Shown here one piece after another: positions 1 through 9,400 of a stretch of DNA of 35,051 bases; position 1 is the stretch's first letter; each line of letters opens with the position of its first letter. The stretch is taken from IMG/VR virus record IMGVR_UViG_3300010398_000023, positions 1 to 35,051 of that record. One strand, given 5' to 3'. The position numbers and the translations under genes were made by a program. The notes under the pieces were generated by a model. That model saw only the letters and a list, made by a program, of their open reading frames with translations. It made no database searches and was not told the DNA's origin. Source of the stretch: a virus. Taxonomy: Duplodnaviria; Caudoviricetes.

Positions 1-2064
1 CATGTGCCCGAGCGTGTACGTGAACGTCCGCTGGAACCACGTCAGGAACGGGAAATACATCTTGCGGAGGTACTGCTGGTGGAACGGCGACACCGCCGCG
101 TAGTCGACGAAGGTGTTGCGCGCGAGGACCCCCATCTGCTCATAGGGGCTGAGTCCCTCAATCGAGTAGACCTTGGACGCGAGCGGCTTCCCCGCTTTGA
201 TTCGGAGAAAGTCCGCGTAGGCTTTCGTGACGCGCGGCCACACCTCCAGGGCATTGGCCACGTAGCCGGGGATGTCGAAGGCATGCTTCAGCACCATGGC
301 CACCCGCTGATCGGGCGGGGACTCGCGCCACAGTTCCCGCAGCTTGTAGGCTTCTGGTCCGAAGAACGTGGACCCTTCCGTGATCCGGTGCGTCTTCAGC
401 AAGCCCTGGAACTCCGCTTCCTCGGCGGTGCGCGGCGTGCCGAACATGGCCCGCATCACGGCAGGCATGCGGGGCAACGCCATCACGAAGGCGGGGAAAT
501 CCTCCAGATACAGCTGGTAGAAATCCCCGAAGGAGTTGACCGTGCGGGTAGAGAGGCCCCCGGAGACGATCTGGGTCGCCTTCCAGCCGGTCACGTAGTT
601 GCTCCACATCTTCTCCCAGAGGTACTGCTCGGGGCGGCGGGCCACCTCCAAGTATTTGAGCGCCCGCTCGGGGACCAAGTAGGGATCGGTAAAGGGCTTC
701 AGGATCGAGTCCTGCAGCATGCCCATCAAGCGGCCCTTCGGAATCCCCGTCCAGCGAAACGGCTGGTAGCGGTAGACGACGTGGGGCTCGCCCTTGTACT
801 GATACTTGGTAATCACCCCGCCCCCGCCCGAGTAATACGGCAACTCCGACGGCTTCGGGATGCTGCCATCCGTGTTCCGGAACAACTGCTTGTACTCCGC
901 GCTCCCCTCCGCAGGCATCCGATCCAGGCGCTTTAAGTTCTTCGCCATGAAATCGTCGATCTTGTTCGCGAGTTCCGTCCGGATGACGTGCCGCCGCCAG
1001 GCGTTCTCGTAGTCAAAGTCGATCAGCTTGCGCGAGCCCACCGCCATCTGCGCCCAGGCACGGAACGGTTCCCGCATGGCGGCAGGCAGCCCCGGGATAA
1101 AGTCCTTGATCGCATCCCCCTGGCTAATCACGTAGTGCGGGAAATACGTCTCGCCTTTCCGCTCCAAGAGTTTCGGGTCAAAGTACCCGCGCTTGACGCC
1201 GTCCTCCAGCATGCGCCACGCATCGTCGCGGTGCCGCTTCAGGGACTCCAGCATCTGGGGCGTGGCGCGCTGGATCAATTCGTCATGCGCCTGCTGGAGT
1301 TCGTCCGCCGTAAAGCCGAGCGGATTCTCCAGGGGCTTCAGTTTCATCGTGAGGGCGCGGGACGCATTCCCGACCCGCTGTCCAGCGGCCTTTTGTTGAT
1401 CCCGCCCTTTCGCGTCCCGCAACTCCTGCTGCGCTTTGGCCAGACTGTCGACCGCGTCTTGGATTTCTTCCTCGGTCCCGCGTGGCCGCTTCGACCGGTC
1501 CAGCATGTCCTCCAGCATGATGATCTTGCCGACCGCTTTCCGCTGCGACGGACTCTTGACGATGGGCTCGACGATGTGCGCGATCCGTTTCGACCCTTCC
1601 TCATAGGCGTCGTACTTGTCCTGCTCCGCGAGCCGGATGTCGTTCCGCACCTGGGGAAAGTCCTTGATGTCCTCCAGATACCCGACCTTATTTTTGATGT
1701 CCCGCCATGACGCCGTCCACGTCTTCGTCGCTTCTTCCCGCCACGACGGCTCGGGCTTCCGCTCGTTCAGCGTCGTGTTCAGCTTGACGTTCGACACCGC
1801 ATCGTCGACCGGAGCCACGTCACGCGGCGTCCGCTTCTTGCGGAAGCTGATCGAGCCACGCTGGCCTTCTTTCCGCCGCGCCGCCTCGCGCGCTTCCTCC
1901 GGAGTGAGGGCGCGCTGCTCCGTCTTCCCGGCGACTTGCACGGGCACGGACTCGGGCGGCGTCTGGGCTTCGGGCGCTGCGGCGGGACGCTCGGCCGCAG
2001 GCCCTACGTGGGGCGGGGTGGCGGCCCTTTCCCGCCCGGGGCGAGTCGGTCCCGCGTGAGCCAC
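1..2064 (-). CDS. Continuation (or separate downstream gene) of the giant internal virion/ejection protein; runs off the window edge
   Basis: Not in the ORF track. I translated the minus frame with codons at 1-3, 4-6 etc.: stop-free from 2064 to base 1 (~688 codons) with GC3-rich codons (...DIKNKVGYLEDIKDFPQVRNDIRLAEQ...YFPHYV...NTFVDYAAVSPFHQQYLRKMYFPFLTWF...). Start uncertain: GTG 2064 or entry by frameshift from 2004..6257. Confidence 0.85.
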   Translation of the reverse strand, partial: MAHAGPTRPGRERAATPPHVGPAAERPAAAPEAQTPPESVPVQVAGKTEQRALTPEEAREAARRKEGQRGSISFRKKRTPRDVAPVDDAVSNVKLNTTLNERKPEPSWREEATKTWTASWRDIKNKVGYLEDIKDFPQVRNDIRLAEQDKYDAYEEGSKRIAHIVEPIVKSPSQRKAVGKIIMLEDMLDRSKRPRGTEEEIQDAVDSLAKAQQELRDAKGRDQQKAAGQRVGNASRALTMKLKPLENPLGFTADELQQAHDELIQRATPQMLESLKRHRDDAWRMLEDGVKRGYFDPKLLERKGETYFPHYVISQGDAIKDFIPGLPAAMREPFRAWAQMAVGSRKLIDFDYENAWRRHVIRTELANKIDDFMAKNLKRLDRMPAEGSAEYKQLFRNTDGSIPKPSELPYYSGGGGVITKYQYKGEPHVVYRYQPFRWTGIPKGRLMGMLQDSILKPFTDPYLVPERALKYLEVARRPEQYLWEKMWSNYVTGWKATQIVSGGLSTRTVNSFGDFYQLYLEDFPAFVMALPRMPAVMRAMFGTPRTAEEAEFQGLLKTHRITEGSTFFGPEAYKLRELWRESPPDQRVAMVLKHAFDIPGYVANALEVWPRVTKAYADFLRIKAGKPLASKVYSIEGLSPYEQMGVLARNTFVDYAAVSPFHQQYLRKMYFPFLTWFQRTFTYTLGHM

Positions 2065-5000
2065 TCATGCGTGCCGTTCTCCAGCCGGACGCGGAACTTG
2101 TTCTGCGCCACCTCCCCCGTCGCGTAGCCCCGCACCCACTTGCCCCCGATGTCCGCGTAGACCGCTGGGGGATTCTCGACGCGCCCGAATGGGGTCTCTT
2201 TTGCCTCACCCTTCCCCTGGAGCAGATCGGCCAGTTGCTGGCCCATCGACCGCAGTTCGGTCTGCGGGGCTCGCCGCGCCTTCACGAGGTCCGTGGCGCT
2301 CGGGCCTGCGGCAGGCTTCCCGCCCTCCACCTCCACCGGGACGGCACGGGCTGCCGCCTGCTTGCGGAGCGTCTCTAGCTCGGTCCGCTCCGCAGGGGTC
2401 AATTCGGTCGGAGCCGTCAGGGCTGCCGCCTGGCCCCCGCCAGAGGGGGGTTGGACCACGATGTCTGGGACGGCTGGTGCCGGGGCTGCACCGCCCTCTG
2501 AGGGGCCTCCACCGCCCTCTCCTGGGCCGCCCCCGCCTTTCTTCGGCGGGGCGGCGAGCAGCCGCTCGATGTCGGTCGCTCGGACCCAGACCGGCTTCTC
2601 CCCGCCGCCCCGGCTGATCTGCACCATGTCGCGGGTGGCCGAGTGAATCTTCCCGAGGACGAGACGGCGCTCCGGGTCGCGGGCTTCTACCCAGCGCCCC
2701 CGCGCACGCGCGGCATCCTCGGCCGTCTCGAACGGGCGCTTCGTCCCGGTCGCCTCGACGACCTTCGCTTCCGATTCCGCCGGAGCCGTCGGGGTCGTGA
2801 CCGTCGGTTTCCCGGACACGGAGACGGAGATTTTCGGCTGCGCGGAGGTGGGCGGCACATGCGCCTGCTCCGTCGTCTGCGCGGTCTGCGCCTGCTCACC
2901 CGCCCCCGGGGTGGGTGGCGGCGCTGCCGCCGGAGCCGCAGCGCCGCCGGGTGCGGTGGTAGTGGGGCTAGTTGGCCCCTCTACACGAATCGGGGCGGTT
3001 CGTCGAGCGGCAATTGTTTCTCCGACTGGGCGTGTTCTTGCTGGCGTTGGTGTCGCCGGACCTGGCTCTGCCACGCTTTGTATTTCGCCCGGGGCGACGT
3101 GCAGGTACTTGTTGTTCCCGGCCTGGGTTTTGTCCCCGGCCCACACTTGGACTTTCCCGGCATTCTTCCCGCTCCCGGCTTTCACCACCGTCGCCGTGCG
3201 CGGACCTTCCTTGCCCGGGATCGTGACCTGGCGACCAAGATACTGCTTCGCCACGTCCTCTGCACTCATCCCCTCCATGGGCGGGGCGGCGGCTGGTGGC
3301 GCTCCACCCTCTGTCGGAGGCGCACCCCCGGCAGCCGGGGTGGGTGGAGCGCCGCCACCACCCTTCTTGCCGCCCTTTCCCGTCACCTCCAGCGTGATCC
3401 CTGGAGCCGCTTCCGTCACCTCCGCGCCTTGCGTCGTTGGTGCGCCTGTCTGGGCCGCTCTAGCTCCCGTCTGCGGGGCTGCGCCTGCGGCCTCGGTTGG
3501 CTGCGGCAGCAGGAACGTCTCATGGACCGGAGCCTGCTGCCCGTAAATCTCCCGGATGTTTGCTTCCTGCCCGTGGCGGATCAAACTCTCCACCACCTTC
3601 TGACTCACCTCATTCTGGTTCCAGAGCACCACGCCATTCTCGGTCTGCTGGATACCGAGTAGATCAGGGAACGCGCGATAGAGCGCCCCGACGTGCGCCA
3701 CCTCCGGCCCCTGGGCAAAGAACTCGCCGGGGGCTGCGCCGGTCAATACGTCCTGTACGTTCTGCGGCAGCTGCGGCAGGATTTCGATGAGCCGCATCTG
3801 CTGCTCCAGCATCGCCCCCTGGGTGCCGCTCATTTCCTGCGTCACCATGTGGGGGTGCGTCGCGAGCATCGACTGCCACCGCTGGTGGATTTCGTTCGCC
3901 ACCTGCGACGCCTGCGTGATCGCATCGCGCGACGCGGGCGAGAGGTTCTTCTCGTTCGCCGCTGCGGTCGCGAGCCCCTGCCGGAGCCGCTCCAAGAACT
4001 GCGGGCCGCCCTCGCCCCCGTACCCGACCGGTCCGGGTGGCTGCCCCGGTGGCGGGGCAATCGACGGGGGCACGCCGGGCGTCGGGGGCGCACCGCCCTC
4101 GCGGTAGAGCGGGGCGTAGCCAAGGGCCTCATCCCGCGTCCAGCCTGGGGGTGGGAGCCCAGCTGTCTGTTCCGACGGGATGAGGCCCATGGACGGGAGA
4201 TTTCCCGTGGCGGGCACACCCGCCCACCGGCCACCCATCGGTGGCAGGTTCCCCTCTGGCGTGAACTGCTGAAAGCCTACGCGCGGCGGCCAGATCGCGC
4301 CCGGCCCGGGGAGGTTCCCGGGAGCGGCGTAAGTGAACGCAGCCGCTGGCTCTGCGGGGGCCATACGACCCAGGTCCACTGGTGCCGTCGGCGGGAGCCC
4401 GCGACCGGGAGCCGGAGCCATTCGAGACGGCGGGGGTGGCTGCCCGAGATTCCCACCCCCAGCGCGGACCGCTGCTTCACGTTGCACCCCCTGACGGTAC
4501 TGCGCGAGGTTCGTGTCGATGTCCGCCATACGCTGGCGGATCGCGGCCAGCCAGGCCGCGCGCCCCATCTGGGTCAGGTCAGCCTGCGGGGCCTCCGGGG
4601 CGGGCTGGCCACTGGGGAAAGGGGGCAGGTTCCCGCCACCTCCGGGCGGGGTCGGGGGAGCCGTCGGGGGCGGTGGTGCCCCCTGTTGCCCGGCGAGCGC
4701 CTGATGCGCCTGCCCCGGGGTCATGGCGTTGATCTGCTCAGGCGTGTAGCCCATCGCCCGCAGCTGCCCCTCCATGCCCCGGGTAATCATAAAGGGCACG
4801 CTCGCGCGGGTGCCGGGCGCGGGGCCGCCCCCGATCGTTTCCCCCGGCTGCGTCACCATGCGCGGGCCGCCCTCGGTCGGGCCGCCCCCGCGTGCGGCTG
4901 CAGCATCGGCCGCCGCCACGCGATCGAGGCGACCGAGTGCGGCCTCCATGCGACCCTGCCCGGGGACAGCGGTGTTCGTTGGCCCCGGCTTCGGCGCACC

Positions 5001-6257
5001 TGCTCCCGCACCGGGGACCGTCGCGCCGGGCTCGTTTTGCGCTTGCGCCTGCGCTTGCTCGGACCCGGAGGCCGCATCGGTATCGAGTTCGTGAATCGAC
5101 GAGCCCTTGATCTGTGCGACCCGCGCCTGCGCGTCGGCGCGCGACAGCACCTCTTGGACCGGCACGCCATTCACCGCTGGGGCCTGCCACACCACGGGAT
5201 CGTTCGGATCGCCTCCAGCGGGCGTCTCCGTCACCTCGCCACCCGCCTTCGGCGCACCCTGCCCCGCCCCCATCCGTTGCTCACCCGGCTCGTTCTGTGG
5301 CCGGGCTTCGATGCTCGTCGGCTTGTTCGCGGCCTGCCCCGCGAGTTCCTCGGGCGAGGCACGCAACCGCTGCCCGTAGCCGACCGGCGTGCCGCGCCGT
5401 CCGGTGAGCAGCTTCCGTGCGAGCAGGATCGCAAGGCTCATCCCTGCGCCCTGCTCGGCGGGACCAAGGCCCTGTCCGGCGATTTCCCGGACGCGCCTGC
5501 CTACGTCCTCGCCGCTCTGCGGGACCCCTTCGCGAGCGATGTTCGCTCCCGCAGCACCACCGTAGCCGAAGCCGCCCCCGAGTCCGACCTCACGCCCGGC
5601 GGCTTGCACAGCCCGCGTGCCAACGCCTTCCCCGTAGCGGTTCACCGCCAGGTTGTAGAGCCATTTCCCCACCGGGGTATTCTCGACGAAATCCCGGTAG
5701 GCCGCCTCTCCGAAATTCTTCGCCACCCCGGTTCCAGCCCGGAACCCGAGTCGGCCGAGGATACCACCTGCCAAGCCCGCACCGACTCCAGAGGCTCCCG
5801 CTTCCAGGGCTTGCTCGTTCGACTCGCCGCGCATTTTCGAGGCGGCCAGATTCTCCCCACCAAACCCGAGCGCCATTCCCACGGGACCGAAGAATTCTGG
5901 GGCCAGCGCCATGCCGTAGGTCATCGGGGACCCGGCCATCTGCCCACCCCAGTACGCCAGGTTCTGCAGTGGCCCGTGCGCCTCGTACCCGGGCGTCGGC
6001 TTGTAGCCTGCTGCCGCCCCGACCAGACTCCCCTTCGCGCCCTCCTTCGCGGCGGTCCACCACCCTTCGGGCTCCGGCTGCTGGGACGTGCTCCCTTGTG
6101 CCGTCCCCACCGGGGCTTCTTGCTGGGGGCTCTGCGGTGCGCCACCCCCTTGGCCACCCTGGGCTGCGTAGGCTTGCCGTGTCTGCTCGTACTGCGGCGA
6201 GCCCGGCTGATACCCGTCCGCCCGCAGTCGACGATCCACCTCACCCCATGCAAGCAT
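2004..6257 (-). CDS. Giant internal virion (ejection) protein, N-terminal part; Pro/Gly/Ala-rich
   Basis: 1417 aa; GGAG 7 nt upstream of ATG; Gly/Ala hydrophobic N-terminal segments typical of podovirus ejection proteins; last in the ejection-gene series. Confidence 0.75.
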   Translation of the reverse strand: MLAWGEVDRRLRADGYQPGSPQYEQTRQAYAAQGGQGGGAPQSPQQEAPVGTAQGSTSQQPEPEGWWTAAKEGAKGSLVGAAAGYKPTPGYEAHGPLQNLAYWGGQMAGSPMTYGMALAPEFFGPVGMALGFGGENLAASKMRGESNEQALEAGASGVGAGLAGGILGRLGFRAGTGVAKNFGEAAYRDFVENTPVGKWLYNLAVNRYGEGVGTRAVQAAGREVGLGGGFGYGGAAGANIAREGVPQSGEDVGRRVREIAGQGLGPAEQGAGMSLAILLARKLLTGRRGTPVGYGQRLRASPEELAGQAANKPTSIEARPQNEPGEQRMGAGQGAPKAGGEVTETPAGGDPNDPVVWQAPAVNGVPVQEVLSRADAQARVAQIKGSSIHELDTDAASGSEQAQAQAQNEPGATVPGAGAGAPKPGPTNTAVPGQGRMEAALGRLDRVAAADAAAARGGGPTEGGPRMVTQPGETIGGGPAPGTRASVPFMITRGMEGQLRAMGYTPEQINAMTPGQAHQALAGQQGAPPPPTAPPTPPGGGGNLPPFPSGQPAPEAPQADLTQMGRAAWLAAIRQRMADIDTNLAQYRQGVQREAAVRAGGGNLGQPPPPSRMAPAPGRGLPPTAPVDLGRMAPAEPAAAFTYAAPGNLPGPGAIWPPRVGFQQFTPEGNLPPMGGRWAGVPATGNLPSMGLIPSEQTAGLPPPGWTRDEALGYAPLYREGGAPPTPGVPPSIAPPPGQPPGPVGYGGEGGPQFLERLRQGLATAAANEKNLSPASRDAITQASQVANEIHQRWQSMLATHPHMVTQEMSGTQGAMLEQQMRLIEILPQLPQNVQDVLTGAAPGEFFAQGPEVAHVGALYRAFPDLLGIQQTENGVVLWNQNEVSQKVVESLIRHGQEANIREIYGQQAPVHETFLLPQPTEAAGAAPQTGARAAQTGAPTTQGAEVTEAAPGITLEVTGKGGKKGGGGAPPTPAAGGAPPTEGGAPPAAAPPMEGMSAEDVAKQYLGRQVTIPGKEGPRTATVVKAGSGKNAGKVQVWAGDKTQAGNNKYLHVAPGEIQSVAEPGPATPTPARTRPVGETIAARRTAPIRVEGPTSPTTTAPGGAAAPAAAPPPTPGAGEQAQTAQTTEQAHVPPTSAQPKISVSVSGKPTVTTPTAPAESEAKVVEATGTKRPFETAEDAARARGRWVEARDPERRLVLGKIHSATRDMVQISRGGGEKPVWVRATDIERLLAAPPKKGGGGPGEGGGGPSEGGAAPAPAVPDIVVQPPSGGGQAAALTAPTELTPAERTELETLRKQAAARAVPVEVEGGKPAAGPSATDLVKARRAPQTELRSMGQQLADLLQGKGEAKETPFGRVENPPAVYADIGGKWVRGYATGEVAQNKFRVRLENGTHEWLTRDRLAPGGKGPPPRPT

Positions 6258-6268
6258 CCGGTGACTCC

Positions 6269-8320
6269 CTACGGGTTGATGTACTGATTCGGATCAAAGT
6301 AATTCGAAGCCGGTGGCCCTTCGGGCGTGAACACATTGGGCCGGACACCGGGCTGCGTCGTTGGTGTCGAGGGGGTGTACGGCGGCGTGGTGGTCGCCGT
6401 CCCGGTATTCGGTGGATTGATATAATTGTTCGGATCGAAATGCACCGTCGGCTTGCGGTCTGGCGGCTTCGGTTCCGCTGCCGCTTCGGGCGTCCGGAGC
6501 GGATTCTGGGGACCACCAGCTTGCTGCGGCGGATTCGCGAAATCCGTTCCGTCCTTTGTCCCGATGCCCGCTTCCTCTAGCTGGTGCCATTTCGCCAGCA
6601 CCTCATCGGCGTACCGCTCGCCCGTCATGCCAAGGCTGTCCGCTCCTACGCCGTGATAGAGCACGAGCGCCTGCCGCCAATCCCCCGTCTGTTTGTACAG
6701 ATCACCCAGGTAACTCATGCCCGCGCGAATCTGCGCTTCCGGGTCTTTCCACGTCTGATCGGTAATCCCGTACTTGGCAGAATTGGCAACATTCTCGGGA
6801 TTGTTGTAGGCAAACTGCATCAGGCCACGCGCGCTGCCACTATCCGCCCCAGGATTGAATCCTGATTCCTGCCACGCCACGGCACGCCCAAGCCCCGGCG
6901 GCACATTCGTCATCCGACTGTACTTGCCCCACAGCGGGGAGAGCGCGATGGGATTCGACCGAATCTCGGCAATGTTCCCGGCCCCACGGCCCCCACCCCC
7001 GGTCGGCGGCGGTTCATTGCCAAACCCAGGAATCGTGATCCCGAGCGCCTGCGCGAGTTTCCCGATCACGCTCATCCAGTCGGTGCCCGGCGCGGTCTGT
7101 GGTTGCTGCTGCGGCGCATTCGAGGCGGCCACGTCTCCCGCGATTTCCTCCATCAACGGGTTGTAGCCCGCGAACATCCCGGCCGACTGCATCGCCTTCG
7201 CAGTGGCAATCGCATGCTGCTTCTCCGGGCCTTCCGGCAGCGAGTTCAGGTACTGGAACATGGCCTGCTGCCACGGGAGCCGATTCCCGGCGGCCCGGAT
7301 CGCGGTCATCATGCCAGTGTAAATGTCGATCGCCTTCGCCGGATCATTCCCCGCCGCTTCCTTGGCCAGCTGGAAAATGTTCATGGTGGCATTGTGCCGG
7401 GCGTTCCAATCGGTCCACTGGATACCGCTCAGGTCCAGGCCCCCGAACGCATGCGGAGCCAGCTTCGGAATCGCCGTGCTCGGATTGAGAGGTCGCCCGT
7501 ACTGGAGGATCGTCCCCAAGCGGCGCTGCTCCCCTTCGACCACATCACGGTGTCCGAGCAGGGTCCCGATGCGCTGAATTTCCTGCGTGCGGTACGGGTC
7601 CTCTGCCCCGAAGATGTCTGCCCATTCCCCGAGCGTGTACTTGTCCGGCTTGAGCACGCCGCCCACGTTCTTGATGCCGCTCCAGACATCCGACGCCGCT
7701 GCCGTGAGCGGCTTCGTCACTGGCTGCGCGGCGGTCGCCAGCTTGCTGAGCGCGCCCTGCTCCTGCGCCGGGGGCGGCGTCGGCTTCGTTTCCGAGGACT
7801 CGACCTTAGTCGCCGGGGGCGGCTCGTTGTTCTGCGTTTGCGTCGGCGGCGGCGGGACCGGACTCGATCCCTGCTGCTGCACCGACGACTGGACATCATT
7901 CAGCGCCGTGCCGGACGACGTGACCGCTGGAGCCGCTGGCGGCTGGTGATCGTTCTCCGAGACGTTCTCGGCAGTCGCCGCCGCGTGCTGGCCCCCCATC
8001 GTCGGAGCGCCCGGCGTCGCGAGCACAGGGCGTCCCGTTTCCGCATCGGTGTAGCCCCCGCTCAGGTCCGCGCCCGCCGGGGGCTCGCTCTGGTCCTGGG
8101 CCTTCTGCGCGGCGTCGTAGTACATCGCCTCGTCGTAGGCCGAGAGCCGCGCGAGATTCCCCTGCCGCTCCTGACGTTCGTGGCGCTCCCCGCGCTTCAA
8201 GCGCAGCAAGCTGCCACCTGCCTGCGCGAGCCCACTGATCGCCCCCAGCTGGCGCTCGGATTTGATCCGCGCCGCTTCGAACGTCGGGTCCTGCTGGACC
8301 GCCCACGGGATGACTGGCAT
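6269..8320 (-). CDS. Internal virion protein with lytic transglycosylase (SLT/GH23) domain
   Basis: 683 aa; AVAWQESGFNP...ARGLMQF...QIRAGMSYL...DWRQALVLYHG matches SLT motifs I-III (catalytic Glu in QES). Confidence 0.85.
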   Translation of the reverse strand: MPVIPWAVQQDPTFEAARIKSERQLGAISGLAQAGGSLLRLKRGERHERQERQGNLARLSAYDEAMYYDAAQKAQDQSEPPAGADLSGGYTDAETGRPVLATPGAPTMGGQHAAATAENVSENDHQPPAAPAVTSSGTALNDVQSSVQQQGSSPVPPPPTQTQNNEPPPATKVESSETKPTPPPAQEQGALSKLATAAQPVTKPLTAAASDVWSGIKNVGGVLKPDKYTLGEWADIFGAEDPYRTQEIQRIGTLLGHRDVVEGEQRRLGTILQYGRPLNPSTAIPKLAPHAFGGLDLSGIQWTDWNARHNATMNIFQLAKEAAGNDPAKAIDIYTGMMTAIRAAGNRLPWQQAMFQYLNSLPEGPEKQHAIATAKAMQSAGMFAGYNPLMEEIAGDVAASNAPQQQPQTAPGTDWMSVIGKLAQALGITIPGFGNEPPPTGGGGRGAGNIAEIRSNPIALSPLWGKYSRMTNVPPGLGRAVAWQESGFNPGADSGSARGLMQFAYNNPENVANSAKYGITDQTWKDPEAQIRAGMSYLGDLYKQTGDWRQALVLYHGVGADSLGMTGERYADEVLAKWHQLEEAGIGTKDGTDFANPPQQAGGPQNPLRTPEAAAEPKPPDRKPTVHFDPNNYINPPNTGTATTTPPYTPSTPTTQPGVRPNVFTPEGPPASNYFDPNQYINP

Positions 8321-8323
8321 CGC

Positions 8324-9400
8324 CTACGCCCAATCAATCGTCGCGTTACTGAGTCCCTGCTGCCGATTCCCGATGATCTTGCTCGCCCACGATCGCCCAG
8401 CGGGATCACCCGTCAGGATCGAGAGGCCGGAGCCGACGATGGACGCCGGGTCCTGCTTCGGTCCCATGCCCATCATCTGGCCACCGCCGGTATCCTGCTT
8501 CCCGGGATAGTCCCACTCGTTCTTGCTGCCGCCCCCGCCCCCTCCACCACCACCGCCCTGCAGTTGCTGGAGCATTTGCATGTAATTGAACGAGCCCCCG
8601 CTGCCGTCCGCACCTCCCGGCGTGTAGCCGTATTGCTGTGCGTAGTTGCGCGCGAGCCGTCCGAGCGTGCCGCCCATACCGGACGCACTGCTGTCGCCAC
8701 CCCAGCCTGCGGAGAACGACTGCCCGAAGGTCGGGGCCGCCGCCGCCCCACCCGCCCCACCAGCAGCGGACGTGGCTCCCACAGCACTCCCGGCTGCCGG
8801 GGCCGCCGCGCCCGCCGCTGCTCCACCCGCTGCCGCTCCACCACCCGCCCCACCCATCGCCCCCATCGCCCCCGCCCCAGCCATCCCGCCACCCGCACCA
8901 CCAGCCGCTCCTGCTGCACCTCCCGCCGCCGCCCCATACCCCATCGTCGCCACATCCCGGACGATGCGCCCCACCACCTTCGAAATGCCCTTGATCGCTT
9001 CTTCCTGCCGCCAGGACTTTTCCATGTGGCCCACGGCGGCTTCGTTGCCGCCGTACCACGTCTTCCCGAGTGTGCTGCCTGGCTGGACCGGTGCTCCTGC
9101 ATTCGCCGCCCCCGCCGATCCTGCCAGAGGCGGCGTCTCCTGTGGCGTCCCCCACGCCTGATCGTAGGCCCGCGACGACGCCGCCAGCTGCGCGAGGCCG
9201 CCCTGGTGCTGCGGGTCCGGGAGCCCTTTCGGAAACAGGATGTTCTGCTCGGCCGGAGGCACATAGTCGTTCGGCCCCTCGAACGTGATGTCCGAGGGAA
9301 TCTGGCCACCACCCTGCTGGTTACCGAGTCCCTGCGCGTACTCCCGCTCCTGCTTGCTGGAGGTCGCGTCGTAGTAGTTGCCGAACTGATCGAAAGCCAT
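8324..9400 (-). CDS. Putative DNA ejection/pilot protein, Gly/Ala-rich
   Basis: 358 aa with a long GAAAGG stretch and Gln/Gly-rich composition; lies between nozzle and SLT genes. Confidence 0.65.
   Translation of the reverse strand: MAFDQFGNYYDATSSKQEREYAQGLGNQQGGGQIPSDITFEGPNDYVPPAEQNILFPKGLPDPQHQGGLAQLAASSRAYDQAWGTPQETPPLAGSAGAANAGAPVQPGSTLGKTWYGGNEAAVGHMEKSWRQEEAIKGISKVVGRIVRDVATMGYGAAAGGAAGAAGGAGGGMAGAGAMGAMGGAGGGAAAGGAAAGAAAPAAGSAVGATSAAGGAGGAAAAPTFGQSFSAGWGGDSSASGMGGTLGRLARNYAQQYGYTPGGADGSGGSFNYMQMLQQLQGGGGGGGGGGSKNEWDYPGKQDTGGGQMMGMGPKQDPASIVGSGLSILTGDPAGRSWASKIIGNRQQGLSNATIDWA

Noticed and set aside
1081-1110. Second frameshift in the left-edge ORF
   Set aside because: On re-reading, the frame is continuous (ATC AAG GAC TTT ATC CCG).
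2950-3085. Patch of A/T-ending codons suggesting an overprinted gene or insertion
   Set aside because: Alternative-frame ORFs here are short and featureless; most simply a fast-evolving linker.
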